This document shows positions 9,225 through 18,275 of a stretch of DNA of 32,000 nucleotides, one piece after another. The stretch comes from Candidatus Saccharimonadota bacterium (lineage in GTDB: Bacteria > Pseudomonadota > Gammaproteobacteria > Enterobacterales > Enterobacteriaceae). The stretch is from NCBI RefSeq assembly GCF_023585745.1, contig NZ_CP097762.1, positions 1 to 32,000 of the forward strand, given 5' to 3'. Below the pieces are notes generated by a model. That model worked only from the letters and a program-made list of their open reading frames with translations, searched no databases and was not told the DNA's origin. Numbering within the stretch: position 1 is the first letter of the stretch; every line of letters starts with the position of its first letter. The position numbers and the translations under genes were made by a program.

Positions 9225-10871
9225 ATGATGGAGATTTTTTTTACAATTCTTATCCTGATTTTAGTTGTTTCTATATCAGGAGTAATGATACGAATTTTTC
9301 CATTTCAAATGCCTTTACCTTTAATGCAAATTTTATTAGGAGCGGTTTTAGCATGGCCACGATTTGGTTTACATATAGATTTTAATCCCGAGTTATTTTT
9401 ATTGCTGTTTATACCTCCTTTATTATTTTCTGATGGCTGGAAAACTCCGATGCGGGAATTTTTACGGCATGGTGGGGAAATAGTGATACTAGCATTAGTA
9501 TTAGTTATCATTACTGTAGTGGGTATTGGTTACCTAATTCATTGGATAATGCCAGAAATGCCGCTTGTAGCAGCATTAGCTTTAGCTGCAGTTTTATCCC
9601 CAACTGATGCAGTAGCTTTATCTGGTATTGTTGGGGAAGGACGTATTCCTAAAAAATTAATGGATATTTTGCAAGGAGAAGCTTTAATGAATGATGCATC
9701 TGGATTGGTTTCGTTAAAATTTGCTATTTCAGTAGCTATGGGGACTATGATATTTAGCATCGGTGGGGCTTCCATAGAATTTATTAAAGTGTCAGTAGGT
9801 GGTTTGTTAGCCGGGATAATTATTACTTGGTGGTATAGTAAATCATTAAGATTTATTACTCATTGGAGTGGCGGTGATTCTGCTACTCAAACAATATTAT
9901 TATTGTTATTACCTTTTGCAGTATATTTAGTTGCAGAACATATTGGCGTGTCTGGAATCTTATCATCAGTGGCATCTGGGATGACGATTGGACAATCTGG
10001 AATTATTCGTAATGCACCATTAAATATGCGTTTAAGAGGAAATAGTGTATGGGCAATGTTAGAGTTTGTATTTAATGGTATGGTATTTATTATGCTTGGA
10101 TTGCAATTGCCTGATATTTTATTTACTTCTATGTTAGAAGCATCTATGGACCCAACTATTAAAACGTGGATGTTATTTATATATGTAATTCTTATTTATG
10201 CTGCATTAATGGTACTTAGGTTTGGGTGGTTGTGGTTGATGAAACATATAAGTTTATATTGCGCGCAGAAGTTCACTATGGTATTTAGTGAGTATAGTAC
10301 ACGAGAAATTTTAATTGCTTCTTTTGCAGGAGTACGTGGGGCTATTACTTTAGCTGGTGTGTTGTCAATACCTCTGTTTTTGAAAGATGGTTCGATGTTT
10401 CCGTGTCGTTATCAGTTAGTTTTTATTGCTACTGGAGTGATTGTATTTTCTTTATTATGCGGGGTATTTGTACTTCCATGGTTATTGCGAGGAATTGTTG
10501 TATCTGATAAATTATTACAGAGAAAAGAAGAGCGTATGGCTCGATCTATAGCAGCAGAAGTAGCTATTGAAAGTGTATATAAGTTAGAAGAAAGATTAGT
10601 AAATAGTCAAGAAGAGAATATTGATAGTCAGATTGTTAATGAAGTAAGCGCACGTATTATAGGAAATTTGCGACGCCGTATTAATGGGAATAATGATGTA
10701 CATTTTATGTTAATAGAAGAATTAGAGAGACGTATGCGATTAAGTGCGTTACGAGCAGAACGAGGAGAATATTATCATTTAAGAGCACAACAGAAAATTA
10801 GTAATGAAACATTAGTTAAATTATTACGTGATTTAGATTTTTTAGAAGCTTTGTTAGTGGAATATGAATAA
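9225..10871 (+). CDS. yjcE: Na+/H+ (cation/proton) exchanger, CPA1 family
   Basis: 548-aa polytopic ORF colinear with E. coli YjcE from MEIFFTIL to the C-terminal LL.DLD.LEALL, including LSPTDAVALSGIVGEGRIPKK and ILQGEALMNDASGLVSLKFA. Confidence 0.9.
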   Translation: MMEIFFTILILILVVSISGVMIRIFPFQMPLPLMQILLGAVLAWPRFGLHIDFNPELFLLLFIPPLLFSDGWKTPMREFLRHGGEIVILALVLVIITVVGIGYLIHWIMPEMPLVAALALAAVLSPTDAVALSGIVGEGRIPKKLMDILQGEALMNDASGLVSLKFAISVAMGTMIFSIGGASIEFIKVSVGGLLAGIIITWWYSKSLRFITHWSGGDSATQTILLLLLPFAVYLVAEHIGVSGILSSVASGMTIGQSGIIRNAPLNMRLRGNSVWAMLEFVFNGMVFIMLGLQLPDILFTSMLEASMDPTIKTWMLFIYVILIYAALMVLRFGWLWLMKHISLYCAQKFTMVFSEYSTREILIASFAGVRGAITLAGVLSIPLFLKDGSMFPCRYQLVFIATGVIVFSLLCGVFVLPWLLRGIVVSDKLLQRKEERMARSIAAEVAIESVYKLEERLVNSQEENIDSQIVNEVSARIIGNLRRRINGNNDVHFMLIEELERRMRLSALRAERGEYYHLRAQQKISNETLVKLLRDLDFLEALLVEYE

Positions 10872-11125
10872 TATTTGTAAATTAAATTAATTTAAACAGG
10901 AAATTAGAATTAATATAAATTCTTGTTAATAAGTGTATAGTTTTAACTGTCAAATAATACTTATTATAAGTTTGTGTTGTATTTTTATACATTTTTGTGT
11001 AAAAGTGTTTTATATTTAATAAAAAGTACTGTAGCATATAGATTATGGATTTTTTATATATATAGCATATAATATACTGGTTTTAAAAAATCAGTTTAAA
11101 AATAAATTTAAATAAAGATTTGTAT

Positions 11126-11133
11126 TGTATAAT
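11126..11133 (+). promoter_or_regulatory. extended -10 promoter element TGTATAAT (TGnTATAAT) in the yjcE-gltP spacer
   Basis: Perfect extended -10 consensus read from the sequence, about 100 nt upstream of the hairpin terminator at 11232-11269. There is no good -35. TATAAT-like strings are common in this AT-rich DNA, so confidence is low. Confidence 0.2.
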
Positions 11134-11231
11134 ATGAAAAGGTATTAATATTAATTATTATTATTTTGTAATATTGTTATATATAACATAAGTAATTGAT
11201 ATATGTTTTTAGTTATATTAATTTATATATG

Positions 11232-11269
11232 CTCAATGCAAGTAATGTTTTGCGTTGAGTTTTGTTTTT
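11232..11269 (+). terminator. intrinsic terminator-like hairpin plus T-tract, not adjacent to any gene end
   Basis: CTCAATGCA (11232-11240) pairs with TGCGTTGAG (11251-11259): 9 bp with one G:U and 4 G:C. The loop is about 10 nt, shorter if A41:T50 also pairs. TTTTGTTTTT (11260-11269) follows immediately. It lies 360 nt after the yjcE stop and about 250 nt before the gltP start. Confidence 0.55.
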
Positions 11270-11515
11270 ATCAGTAAGTAACTTCATGGAGCAGGTTATT
11301 AACTTTTAACAATATGTTGGAGATATAATTCTCACATTATATTTTGTTTTTATCTGTAAAATGTAAAAATATTTTTAGTTTATTGCCAAATAAGAATTTG
11401 GTTTGTTTTTAGAAATTTTCAGGAGTTGTCTTTGTATTAATTTATTAAATTACAATAAGTTAATAATATATTTAAAAATAAAAACTTTATCTCAATAAAG
11501 GGGTAACTAACTACT

Positions 11516-12802
11516 ATGATAAAAAAATTCAAAATTACCCTTGCTTGGAAAATTTTTTTTGCATTAAACTTGGGTATTATTGTAGGAATCGCATTACATA
11601 ATCAATTAGAATTAAGAGATTTAGTGGTTACTACATTTCTTGCTCCGGCAGGAGAAATTTTTATTCGTATGATTAAGATGATAGTTGTTCCTATTGTAAT
11701 GGCTACTTTAATAGTGGGAATTGCTGGGATTGGCGATGCTAAAAAACTCGGAAGCATTGGCTTAAAAACTATTATTTATTTTGAGATTATCACGACAGTT
11801 GCAATAATATTAGGAGTGGCTTTAGCGAATTTATTGCATCCAGGACATGGAATTGATATGTCTGTGTTATCTAAAACAGATATCTCGATGTATGAGGATA
11901 CTACGTCTAAAATACAATCTAATTTGGTGGGTACTATGTTATCTTTAATCCCATCTAATATTATTAGTTCTATGTCTACGGGAGACATGTTACCCGTGAT
12001 ATTTTTTTCAGTGATTTTTGGTCTTGGTTTATCTGTACTGCCTGATAAAACTAAACTTCCATTATTAAATATTTGTAATTCTGTTGCAGATACTATGTTT
12101 GAAGTAACGCATATAGTAATGCGTTATGCTCCAATTGGAGTATTTGCTTTAATTTCAGTTACAGTGGCTACATTTGGTTTTAGTTCTTTGTTACCGCTTA
12201 CTAAGTTAGTATTATTAGTATATGGAGCTATTATTTTTTTTGCTTTAGTTGTGTTAGGTATAGTAGCGCGTATATGTAATCTTAGAATTTTGAAATTAAT
12301 TTTTATTTTAAAAGAAGAACTTATTTTATCTTTTTCTACTGCTAGTTCAGAGACGGTCTTACCCCGTATTATAAAAAAAATGGAGGCTTATGGTGCACCT
12401 GCGTCTATTACAGGATTTGTGATACCAACAGGTTATTCGTTTAATTTAGATGGGTCAACTTTATACCAAAGTATTGCAGCAATTTTTATTGCACAATTGT
12501 ATGGTATTGAATTGTCTTTAGGACAAGAAATTATTTTAGTACTAACTCTTATGATAACCTCTAAAGGTATTGCAGGAGTTCCAGGAGTATCATTTGTGGT
12601 GCTTTTAGCTACATTAGGTAGTGTAGGCATCCCTTTAGAAGGATTAGCTTTTATTGCAGGAGTAGATAGAATATTAGATATGGGTCGTACTGTATTAAAT
12701 GTTATTGGTAATGCTTTGGCAGTATTAGTGATAGCAAAATGGGAAAATCAATATGACTCTAAACAAGCACTGGATTATGAAGTTAAAATGTTATCAAAGT
12801 AA
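11516..12802 (+). CDS. gltP: proton/glutamate-aspartate symporter (DAACS family)
   Basis: 428-aa ORF colinear with E. coli GltP (F..LAW.I.FA; LL.PAG.IFI..IKMIVVPIV..TL.VGIAG.GDAK.LG.IG.KTIIYFE.ITTVAIILG; C-terminal GVDRILDM.RT.LNV.GNALA). Confidence 0.93.
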   Translation: MIKKFKITLAWKIFFALNLGIIVGIALHNQLELRDLVVTTFLAPAGEIFIRMIKMIVVPIVMATLIVGIAGIGDAKKLGSIGLKTIIYFEIITTVAIILGVALANLLHPGHGIDMSVLSKTDISMYEDTTSKIQSNLVGTMLSLIPSNIISSMSTGDMLPVIFFSVIFGLGLSVLPDKTKLPLLNICNSVADTMFEVTHIVMRYAPIGVFALISVTVATFGFSSLLPLTKLVLLVYGAIIFFALVVLGIVARICNLRILKLIFILKEELILSFSTASSETVLPRIIKKMEAYGAPASITGFVIPTGYSFNLDGSTLYQSIAAIFIAQLYGIELSLGQEIILVLTLMITSKGIAGVPGVSFVVLLATLGSVGIPLEGLAFIAGVDRILDMGRTVLNVIGNALAVLVIAKWENQYDSKQALDYEVKMLSK

Positions 12803-12835
12803 AATAATTGTATATTTGGTATTACTATAAATAAT

Positions 12836-12883
12836 TATAAACCATATAGCATTATATTATAATATAATGCTATATGGTTTATA
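12836..12883. terminator. 48-nt perfect palindrome; likely bidirectional terminator between convergent gltP and ridA
   Basis: TATAAACCATATAGCATTATAT|ATATAATGCTATATGGTTTATA-type dyad. I checked every position 12836-12859 as complementary to 12883-12860. It lies 34 nt after the gltP stop and 162 nt after the ridA stop. The T-rich tail is only partial (GGTTTAT on each strand). Confidence 0.6.
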
Positions 12884-13045
12884 GCAATTAATTATCCTTG
12901 TCTATTTTGTGTATTTGGTATTTTTTATAAAAATTTTTATATATTATTACTAATAAATTATATTTCAAAATTTTATTAAGTATAATAATATATATTATGT
13001 AATATTTTATTTTTGTTTGATGATTTATTATTATTAATAATAATC

Positions 13046-13453
13046 CTAATTTGTAGGCTTTATTGCAATTGCTTCAATTTCTATATTAGCATTTTTTGGC
13101 AATCTGGATACTTCCACGCATGAGCGAGCGGGTAAATGCATTTTTTTGCCAACAGAATGTGTATAAAAAAATTTTTTGTAACTATTATTAACATCAGGTA
13201 AATCATCTATATTTATTAGAAATAATGTAGTTTTGATAATATTTTCTATTTTTAGATTTATAGTATCGATGATATTTAAAATATTTTGTAGTGCTTGATA
13301 GGTTTGATCATAAATATTATTTGGAATAATATTTGTGTTAGGATATATAGGAAGTTGTCCAGATATAAATATCATATTTTGTGTATTTATTGCTTGAACA
13401 TATGGCCCAGTTGGGATAGGAGCATTATTTGTATTAATAACTTCTGATTTCAT
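13046..13453 (-). CDS. ridA: RidA/YjgF/TdcF family enamine-imine deaminase
   Basis: 135-aa ORF colinear with E. coli RidA (NAP.P.GPYVQ; ...ISGQ.P; KTT.F..; PARSCVEV.RLPK...IEIEAIA). Confidence 0.9.
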   Translation of the reverse strand: MKSEVINTNNAPIPTGPYVQAINTQNMIFISGQLPIYPNTNIIPNNIYDQTYQALQNILNIIDTINLKIENIIKTTLFLINIDDLPDVNNSYKKFFYTHSVGKKMHLPARSCVEVSRLPKNANIEIEAIAIKPTN

Positions 13454-13561
13454 AGGTTGTTCCTAATTGTGTTTTATGCAAAGTGTTGAATTTATAATAG
13501 ATAATTTTGTTAATTTTTTATTAAATACATATTTAAACTGAAAATCTATAATATATTTAAG

Positions 13562-14566
13562 TTATGGAATTAACGTAGCTATCATTAAGGCTTTAATAGT
13601 ATGTAAACGATTTTCTGCTTGATCAAATACTATGCTATGTGTAGATTCAAAAACGTCATTTGTTACTTCTAATCCATTATATAAATTATATTTTTTTGCG
13701 ATCTTTTTTCCAATGGTAGTTTCTTGATCATGCAAAGCAGGTAAACAATGTAAGAATTTTATATTTGGATTATTCGTATTTTGCAACATATTAAAATTAA
13801 CTTGATAAGGAGCTAGTAAATCAATACTTTTCTCCCATCCTTTTTCATTTTCTCCCATAGATACCCATACATCAGTATATAAAAAATCCACATTTTTTAC
13901 TCCATCATTAATATCTTCAGTTAAAATAATATTTCCATTGTTTTTTAACGCAAGTTTTTTACATTTATTAAATAGTTCCTGTGTCGGCCAAAATGCCTTA
14001 GGAGCAATTAATCTTAAATTAAAACCCATTATTGCTGCAGCTTCTAATAAAGAACAGCTGATATTATTTTTTGTATCTCCAACATAAGCTAGAATCATTT
14101 GATTGAATGTTTTATTTGGTGCGTGCTCTTGCATGGTTAATAAATCAGCTAGTAATTGTGTAGGATGAAATTGTGCAGTTAGTCCATTCCATACTGGAAT
14201 TCCAGAATATTTTGAAAGAATGGAAACAATATTTTGATGATATCCACGATATTGAATTCCATGATACATACGACCTAATATTCTAGCAGTATCTTTGATA
14301 GATTCTTTATGTCCCATTTGACTAATATTTGGAGTCAGACAAGTTATACGAGCGCCTTGATCAAATGCTGCCACTTCAAATGCGCATCGTGTTCTAGTAG
14401 ATTGATTTTCAAAAATTAAAACTAGATTTTTTTTATTGAGTTTTTGTGTTTCAGTATGTGTATTTTTTTGATGTTTTAGTGTGGATGCTAATTTTAATAA
14501 ATATTTAATTTCTTCTGCATTAAAATCTATTAAGCGCAGAAAAGACCGTTGATATATTGGATTCAT
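13562..14566 (-). CDS. argI: ornithine carbamoyltransferase
   Basis: 334-aa ORF colinear with E. coli ArgI: carbamoyl-phosphate motif STRTRCAFE; [15 protein letters not shown]; ornithine-site DVWVSMGE; HCLPA (FLHCLPALH); C-term [13 protein letters not shown]. These are OTCase motifs, not ATCase motifs. The position next to valS matches E. coli argI. Confidence 0.95.
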   Translation of the reverse strand: MNPIYQRSFLRLIDFNAEEIKYLLKLASTLKHQKNTHTETQKLNKKNLVLIFENQSTRTRCAFEVAAFDQGARITCLTPNISQMGHKESIKDTARILGRMYHGIQYRGYHQNIVSILSKYSGIPVWNGLTAQFHPTQLLADLLTMQEHAPNKTFNQMILAYVGDTKNNISCSLLEAAAIMGFNLRLIAPKAFWPTQELFNKCKKLALKNNGNIILTEDINDGVKNVDFLYTDVWVSMGENEKGWEKSIDLLAPYQVNFNMLQNTNNPNIKFLHCLPALHDQETTIGKKIAKKYNLYNGLEVTNDVFESTHSIVFDQAENRLHTIKALMIATLIP

Positions 14567-14835
14567 GTGATGTTTTACCTGTTTATTTATATAAATGATT
14601 AAATTTTATTTAAAATAAAATTTTTTCATTAAAATGAGTACTATTATAATACAAAATGTTTAATTATATAGAAATTAGTTTTTATTAAAACACGAAATAA
14701 CAATTGTTTTTAATTTAGATGTATTTAGATTAAATTAATTTTGGAATCAATTTAATTATAGTATATGATCATATAAATGGTGATTTAGTGTAGTTTCAAT
14801 TATTCCATTACATGGAATACAGTTATTTCTAGAAC

Positions 14836-17751
14836 TTATGAAGTTTTTTGTATTGTTAATAGTTGCTCGTATAATTGTTTTTTTGTTTTTTTATAATTGT
14901 TTAATAGTGTTTTTTTATTTAGTATAATAGTGCTAGGGGCTTGTTTTAAGAAATTATCATTTTTTAATAGTGTTTGTATTACTGTAATTTTATTATTTAT
15001 TAGTTCTAGTTCTTTATGCAGTTGATTTAGTTTAATTTTTTTATTGAAAGTATGTGGTATATATACCAATAATTTTGTAGTATCTACTGATATATTAACG
15101 TGTTGTGAGTGGTTTTGGTATGTTGGGTTAATATCTATATTTTTTAAGTGGGCTAGTTTACATAAAATATTGTAGTTATTTGTAATACGTTTTATAATTT
15201 TTGATGAAGCATGTTGAAATGCTATTTGTAATGCTGCTTTATGGGTTATATTCATTTGCATACGCACGGTACGTATTGTGCTAATAATATGTTGTATCCA
15301 TTCAAAATCTATTATTGATTCTTTATCAATAGCAGATACATCATATTTTGGAAATGGTTGTAGTGTAATAGTTTTTTCAGAATTTCCGGTGATTATTTTA
15401 GTTTTTTGCCATATTTTTTCTGTAATAAAAGGGATAACAGGATGTGCTAATTTTAATATTAATTCCAGCAATGTGATTAATGTATAACGTGTACCGCATA
15501 ATTCAGATTTACTACCATTATGGAGTATTGGTTTAGTAAATTCTATGTACCAATCGCAAAATTGGTGCCAAATAAATTCGTGTAAAATACTAGCTATTTT
15601 ATCAAAACGATATATTTCTAATTGTTTATGGAATTGTTGTATTGTTTGATGAAATTTTGTCATTATCCAGCGATCTGCTAAAGAAAAGGTTTTTTTTTCT
15701 CCAGAAAAACCACAATTTTTATTTTTAGTATGTGTTAACACATAGTGACTGGCATTCCATAATTTATTGCAAAAATTATGATAACCTGCTAGTCTTTTCA
15801 TATCCCAGTGTATATCTCTGCCGGATGAAGATAAAGCCATTAGAGTAAATCTTAAGGAATCGGCACCATAAGGTTTAATACCATTGGGGAATTGTTTTTT
15901 GGTACATTTTGTAATCTCTTGTATTAATTGGGGTTGTAAAACATTAGTGGTACGTTTTTTTAATAAATTTTTTATTGAAATTCCGTCTATTATATCTAGT
16001 GGATCAATAGTGTTTCCTTTAGATTTAGACATTTTTTTGCCGAATTCATCGCGTATTAACCCGGTTATATATACAGTTTTAAATGGAATTTGTGCTATTC
16101 CTTTATGATTTTTTATCAGATTCATAGTTAGCATTATCATACGCGCAATCCAAAAAAATATAATATCAAATCCACTTATTATGATATTAGTAGGATGAAA
16201 AGTATGTAGTAAATCAGTATTAATCGGCCAACCTAGACTAGCAAAAGTCCAAAGACTTGAAGAAAACCATGTATCTAATACATCATTATCTCTATTTAGA
16301 TGTATGCTATCATTAAGTTTATTTTTTATTCTTATATCTTGCTCACAATGTCCTACATATATTTGATTATTATCACCATACCACACTGGTATTTTATGTC
16401 CCCACCATATTTGCCGCGAAATACACCAATCTTGTACATTATGCATCCAACTAAAATACATATTTTTATATTGTTCTGGAACAAAATTAATTAAATTATT
16501 TTCTACTGCGTCAATTGCTTGTTTAGCTAAATTTTTAGTACGTATATACCATTGATCAGTTAATATAGGTTCTATTATAGTTCCAGTGCGATTATTACAC
16601 GGGATCATCATATTATGACAAGGTTCAATTTTATGTAATAATTTAAGTTTATTAAATTCAGCAACTATTTTAATCCGTGCATCGTTTATATTAAGATTAT
16701 GGAATTTTTTTGGAATACTACAGGAAGTTTTTTTTTGTATATCACCATGATGATCATAGAAAAATTCCGGATGTTCCAGAATTTTTCCCGTTAATGACAT
16801 GATATTTATCATAGGTAATTTATGTTTTTTCCCTATTATGTAATCGTTAAAATCGTGTGCTGGAGTTATTTTAACGCAACCGGTTCCTTTTAACATATCT
16901 ACGTTATCATCAGCAATTATAGGAATACGTCTATTAATAATTGGTATGGTAACATACAGTCCAATTAATTTATTATATCTTGTGTCTTCTGGATGCACTG
17001 CAATTGCGGTATCTCCAAATATAGTTTCTGGACGTGTTGTGGCAATAATCAGATGCTTTATATTTTCTTTTTTAGAACTGTGGTTATTGATGTAGCGTTG
17101 ATAATAATAATTATCGTGATCTAATGGGTAATATATATACCACATATGACCGTGCATTTGTTTATTAGTAACTTCTAAATCGGAAATTGCAGTTTGTAAT
17201 TTAGTATCCCAATTTACTAATTTTTTGCCTTTATAAATTAAATTCTTTTTATACATTTTAATAAATGCTTCTCTTACTGCGTAAGACATTTCTGCATCCA
17301 TAGTAAAACGTTTTCTTTTCCAATCTATTGAATTTCCTAGTCGTTTCATTTGATAAATGATAGATATTTCCAATTCTTTTTTCCATTCCCAAATTTTTTC
17401 TATAAACTCATCACGCGTATAGTTATCTTTAGTTTTTCCTGTATCATTATAAATTTTATTTTCCATTAGTATCTGTGTAGCAATGCCAGCATGGTCTGTT
17501 CCTGTTTGCCATAAAGTATTTTTCCCCATCATTCTGTTATAACGAATCAGTATATCCATGATAGTATGTTGAAAAGCATGACCTAGATGTAATTGTCCTG
17601 TAATATTAGGTGGAGGCATCATAATGCAATAATTTTCTTGTGAAACATTTCCATTATGAGAACTGAAATAATTTCCTGTGTCCCAAAAATTATAAATTGA
17701 TTCTTCTATGGTTTTAGGGTTATATATTTTTTCCACTATATGATTACTCAT
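14836..17751 (-). CDS. valS: valine--tRNA ligase
   Basis: 971-aa class I aaRS ORF with HIGH-type motif (PPNITGQLHLGHAF) and KMSKS (KKMSKSKGN). The editing domain and C-terminal coiled coil are colinear with E. coli ValRS. Confidence 0.97.
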   Translation of the reverse strand: MSNHIVEKIYNPKTIEESIYNFWDTGNYFSSHNGNVSQENYCIMMPPPNITGQLHLGHAFQHTIMDILIRYNRMMGKNTLWQTGTDHAGIATQILMENKIYNDTGKTKDNYTRDEFIEKIWEWKKELEISIIYQMKRLGNSIDWKRKRFTMDAEMSYAVREAFIKMYKKNLIYKGKKLVNWDTKLQTAISDLEVTNKQMHGHMWYIYYPLDHDNYYYQRYINNHSSKKENIKHLIIATTRPETIFGDTAIAVHPEDTRYNKLIGLYVTIPIINRRIPIIADDNVDMLKGTGCVKITPAHDFNDYIIGKKHKLPMINIMSLTGKILEHPEFFYDHHGDIQKKTSCSIPKKFHNLNINDARIKIVAEFNKLKLLHKIEPCHNMMIPCNNRTGTIIEPILTDQWYIRTKNLAKQAIDAVENNLINFVPEQYKNMYFSWMHNVQDWCISRQIWWGHKIPVWYGDNNQIYVGHCEQDIRIKNKLNDSIHLNRDNDVLDTWFSSSLWTFASLGWPINTDLLHTFHPTNIIISGFDIIFFWIARMIMLTMNLIKNHKGIAQIPFKTVYITGLIRDEFGKKMSKSKGNTIDPLDIIDGISIKNLLKKRTTNVLQPQLIQEITKCTKKQFPNGIKPYGADSLRFTLMALSSSGRDIHWDMKRLAGYHNFCNKLWNASHYVLTHTKNKNCGFSGEKKTFSLADRWIMTKFHQTIQQFHKQLEIYRFDKIASILHEFIWHQFCDWYIEFTKPILHNGSKSELCGTRYTLITLLELILKLAHPVIPFITEKIWQKTKIITGNSEKTITLQPFPKYDVSAIDKESIIDFEWIQHIISTIRTVRMQMNITHKAALQIAFQHASSKIIKRITNNYNILCKLAHLKNIDINPTYQNHSQHVNISVDTTKLLVYIPHTFNKKIKLNQLHKELELINNKITVIQTLLKNDNFLKQAPSTIILNKKTLLNNYKKTKKQLYEQLLTIQKTS

Positions 17752-18202
17752 GAATTGGTACGTGAATAATATTTAATTTAAATCCATGTTTTTTATAGGA
17801 TTTATATCGATTTCTTGCCCATACTTTCAAAGTATTAGTGATAGGGACGAAATCTATAATTTCGTTAAAATTGAAAAAGAAGCGCATGTTTTTTTTCATT
17901 AGATTTACTAGTATATCTCTTGATTGATAATCATAATAGTGTTCTCGCCAATAAATTAGAATTGGAGTGTGTTTGTTATTTTTTTCAAATAAATCATGTG
18001 GTAGAAATGTATTATTATCATATATCCATAAAGCTTGATTGATTTTTATAGCTTGTTCTTTAGTATCACAGGTTATTAAAATACTTTTATTGGATCTCCA
18101 TTGTTCACTTATTAACTTACAAAAAAAATTTTCTGTAAAGTATTTAAACGTATTGTTTTTTTGCAGCGCTTGAGGCAGTATATAGAAAATTCCATGTTTC
18201 AT
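17744..18202 (-). CDS. holC: DNA polymerase III chi subunit
   Basis: 152-aa ORF colinear with E. coli HolC (FY.L; ....ERWRS.K..LI.C....QA..... LW; F.PH.L; RDIL.NL; DFVP; AR.RYK.Y...GF.LN). Its stop overlaps the valS start by 8 nt. The pepA-holC-valS order is as in E. coli. Confidence 0.85.
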   Translation of the reverse strand: MKHGIFYILPQALQKNNTFKYFTENFFCKLISEQWRSNKSILITCDTKEQAIKINQALWIYDNNTFLPHDLFEKNNKHTPILIYWREHYYDYQSRDILVNLMKKNMRFFFNFNEIIDFVPITNTLKVWARNRYKSYKKHGFKLNIIHVPIHE

Positions 18203-18275
18203 ATGTTATATGAATTTTAGTTGTATTTTATATATCAATATTATTATTAAGTATTGCATATAATATATAGTGACA

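Noticed and set aside
14567-14835. ARG-box (ArgR operator) search upstream of argI
   Set aside because: The best candidate, AATGAGTACTATTATAAT (about 14633-14650), matches only about 11 of 18 positions of the recalled consensus AATGAATAATTATTCATT. That is not above what AT-rich sequence gives, and no argR is visible in the window.
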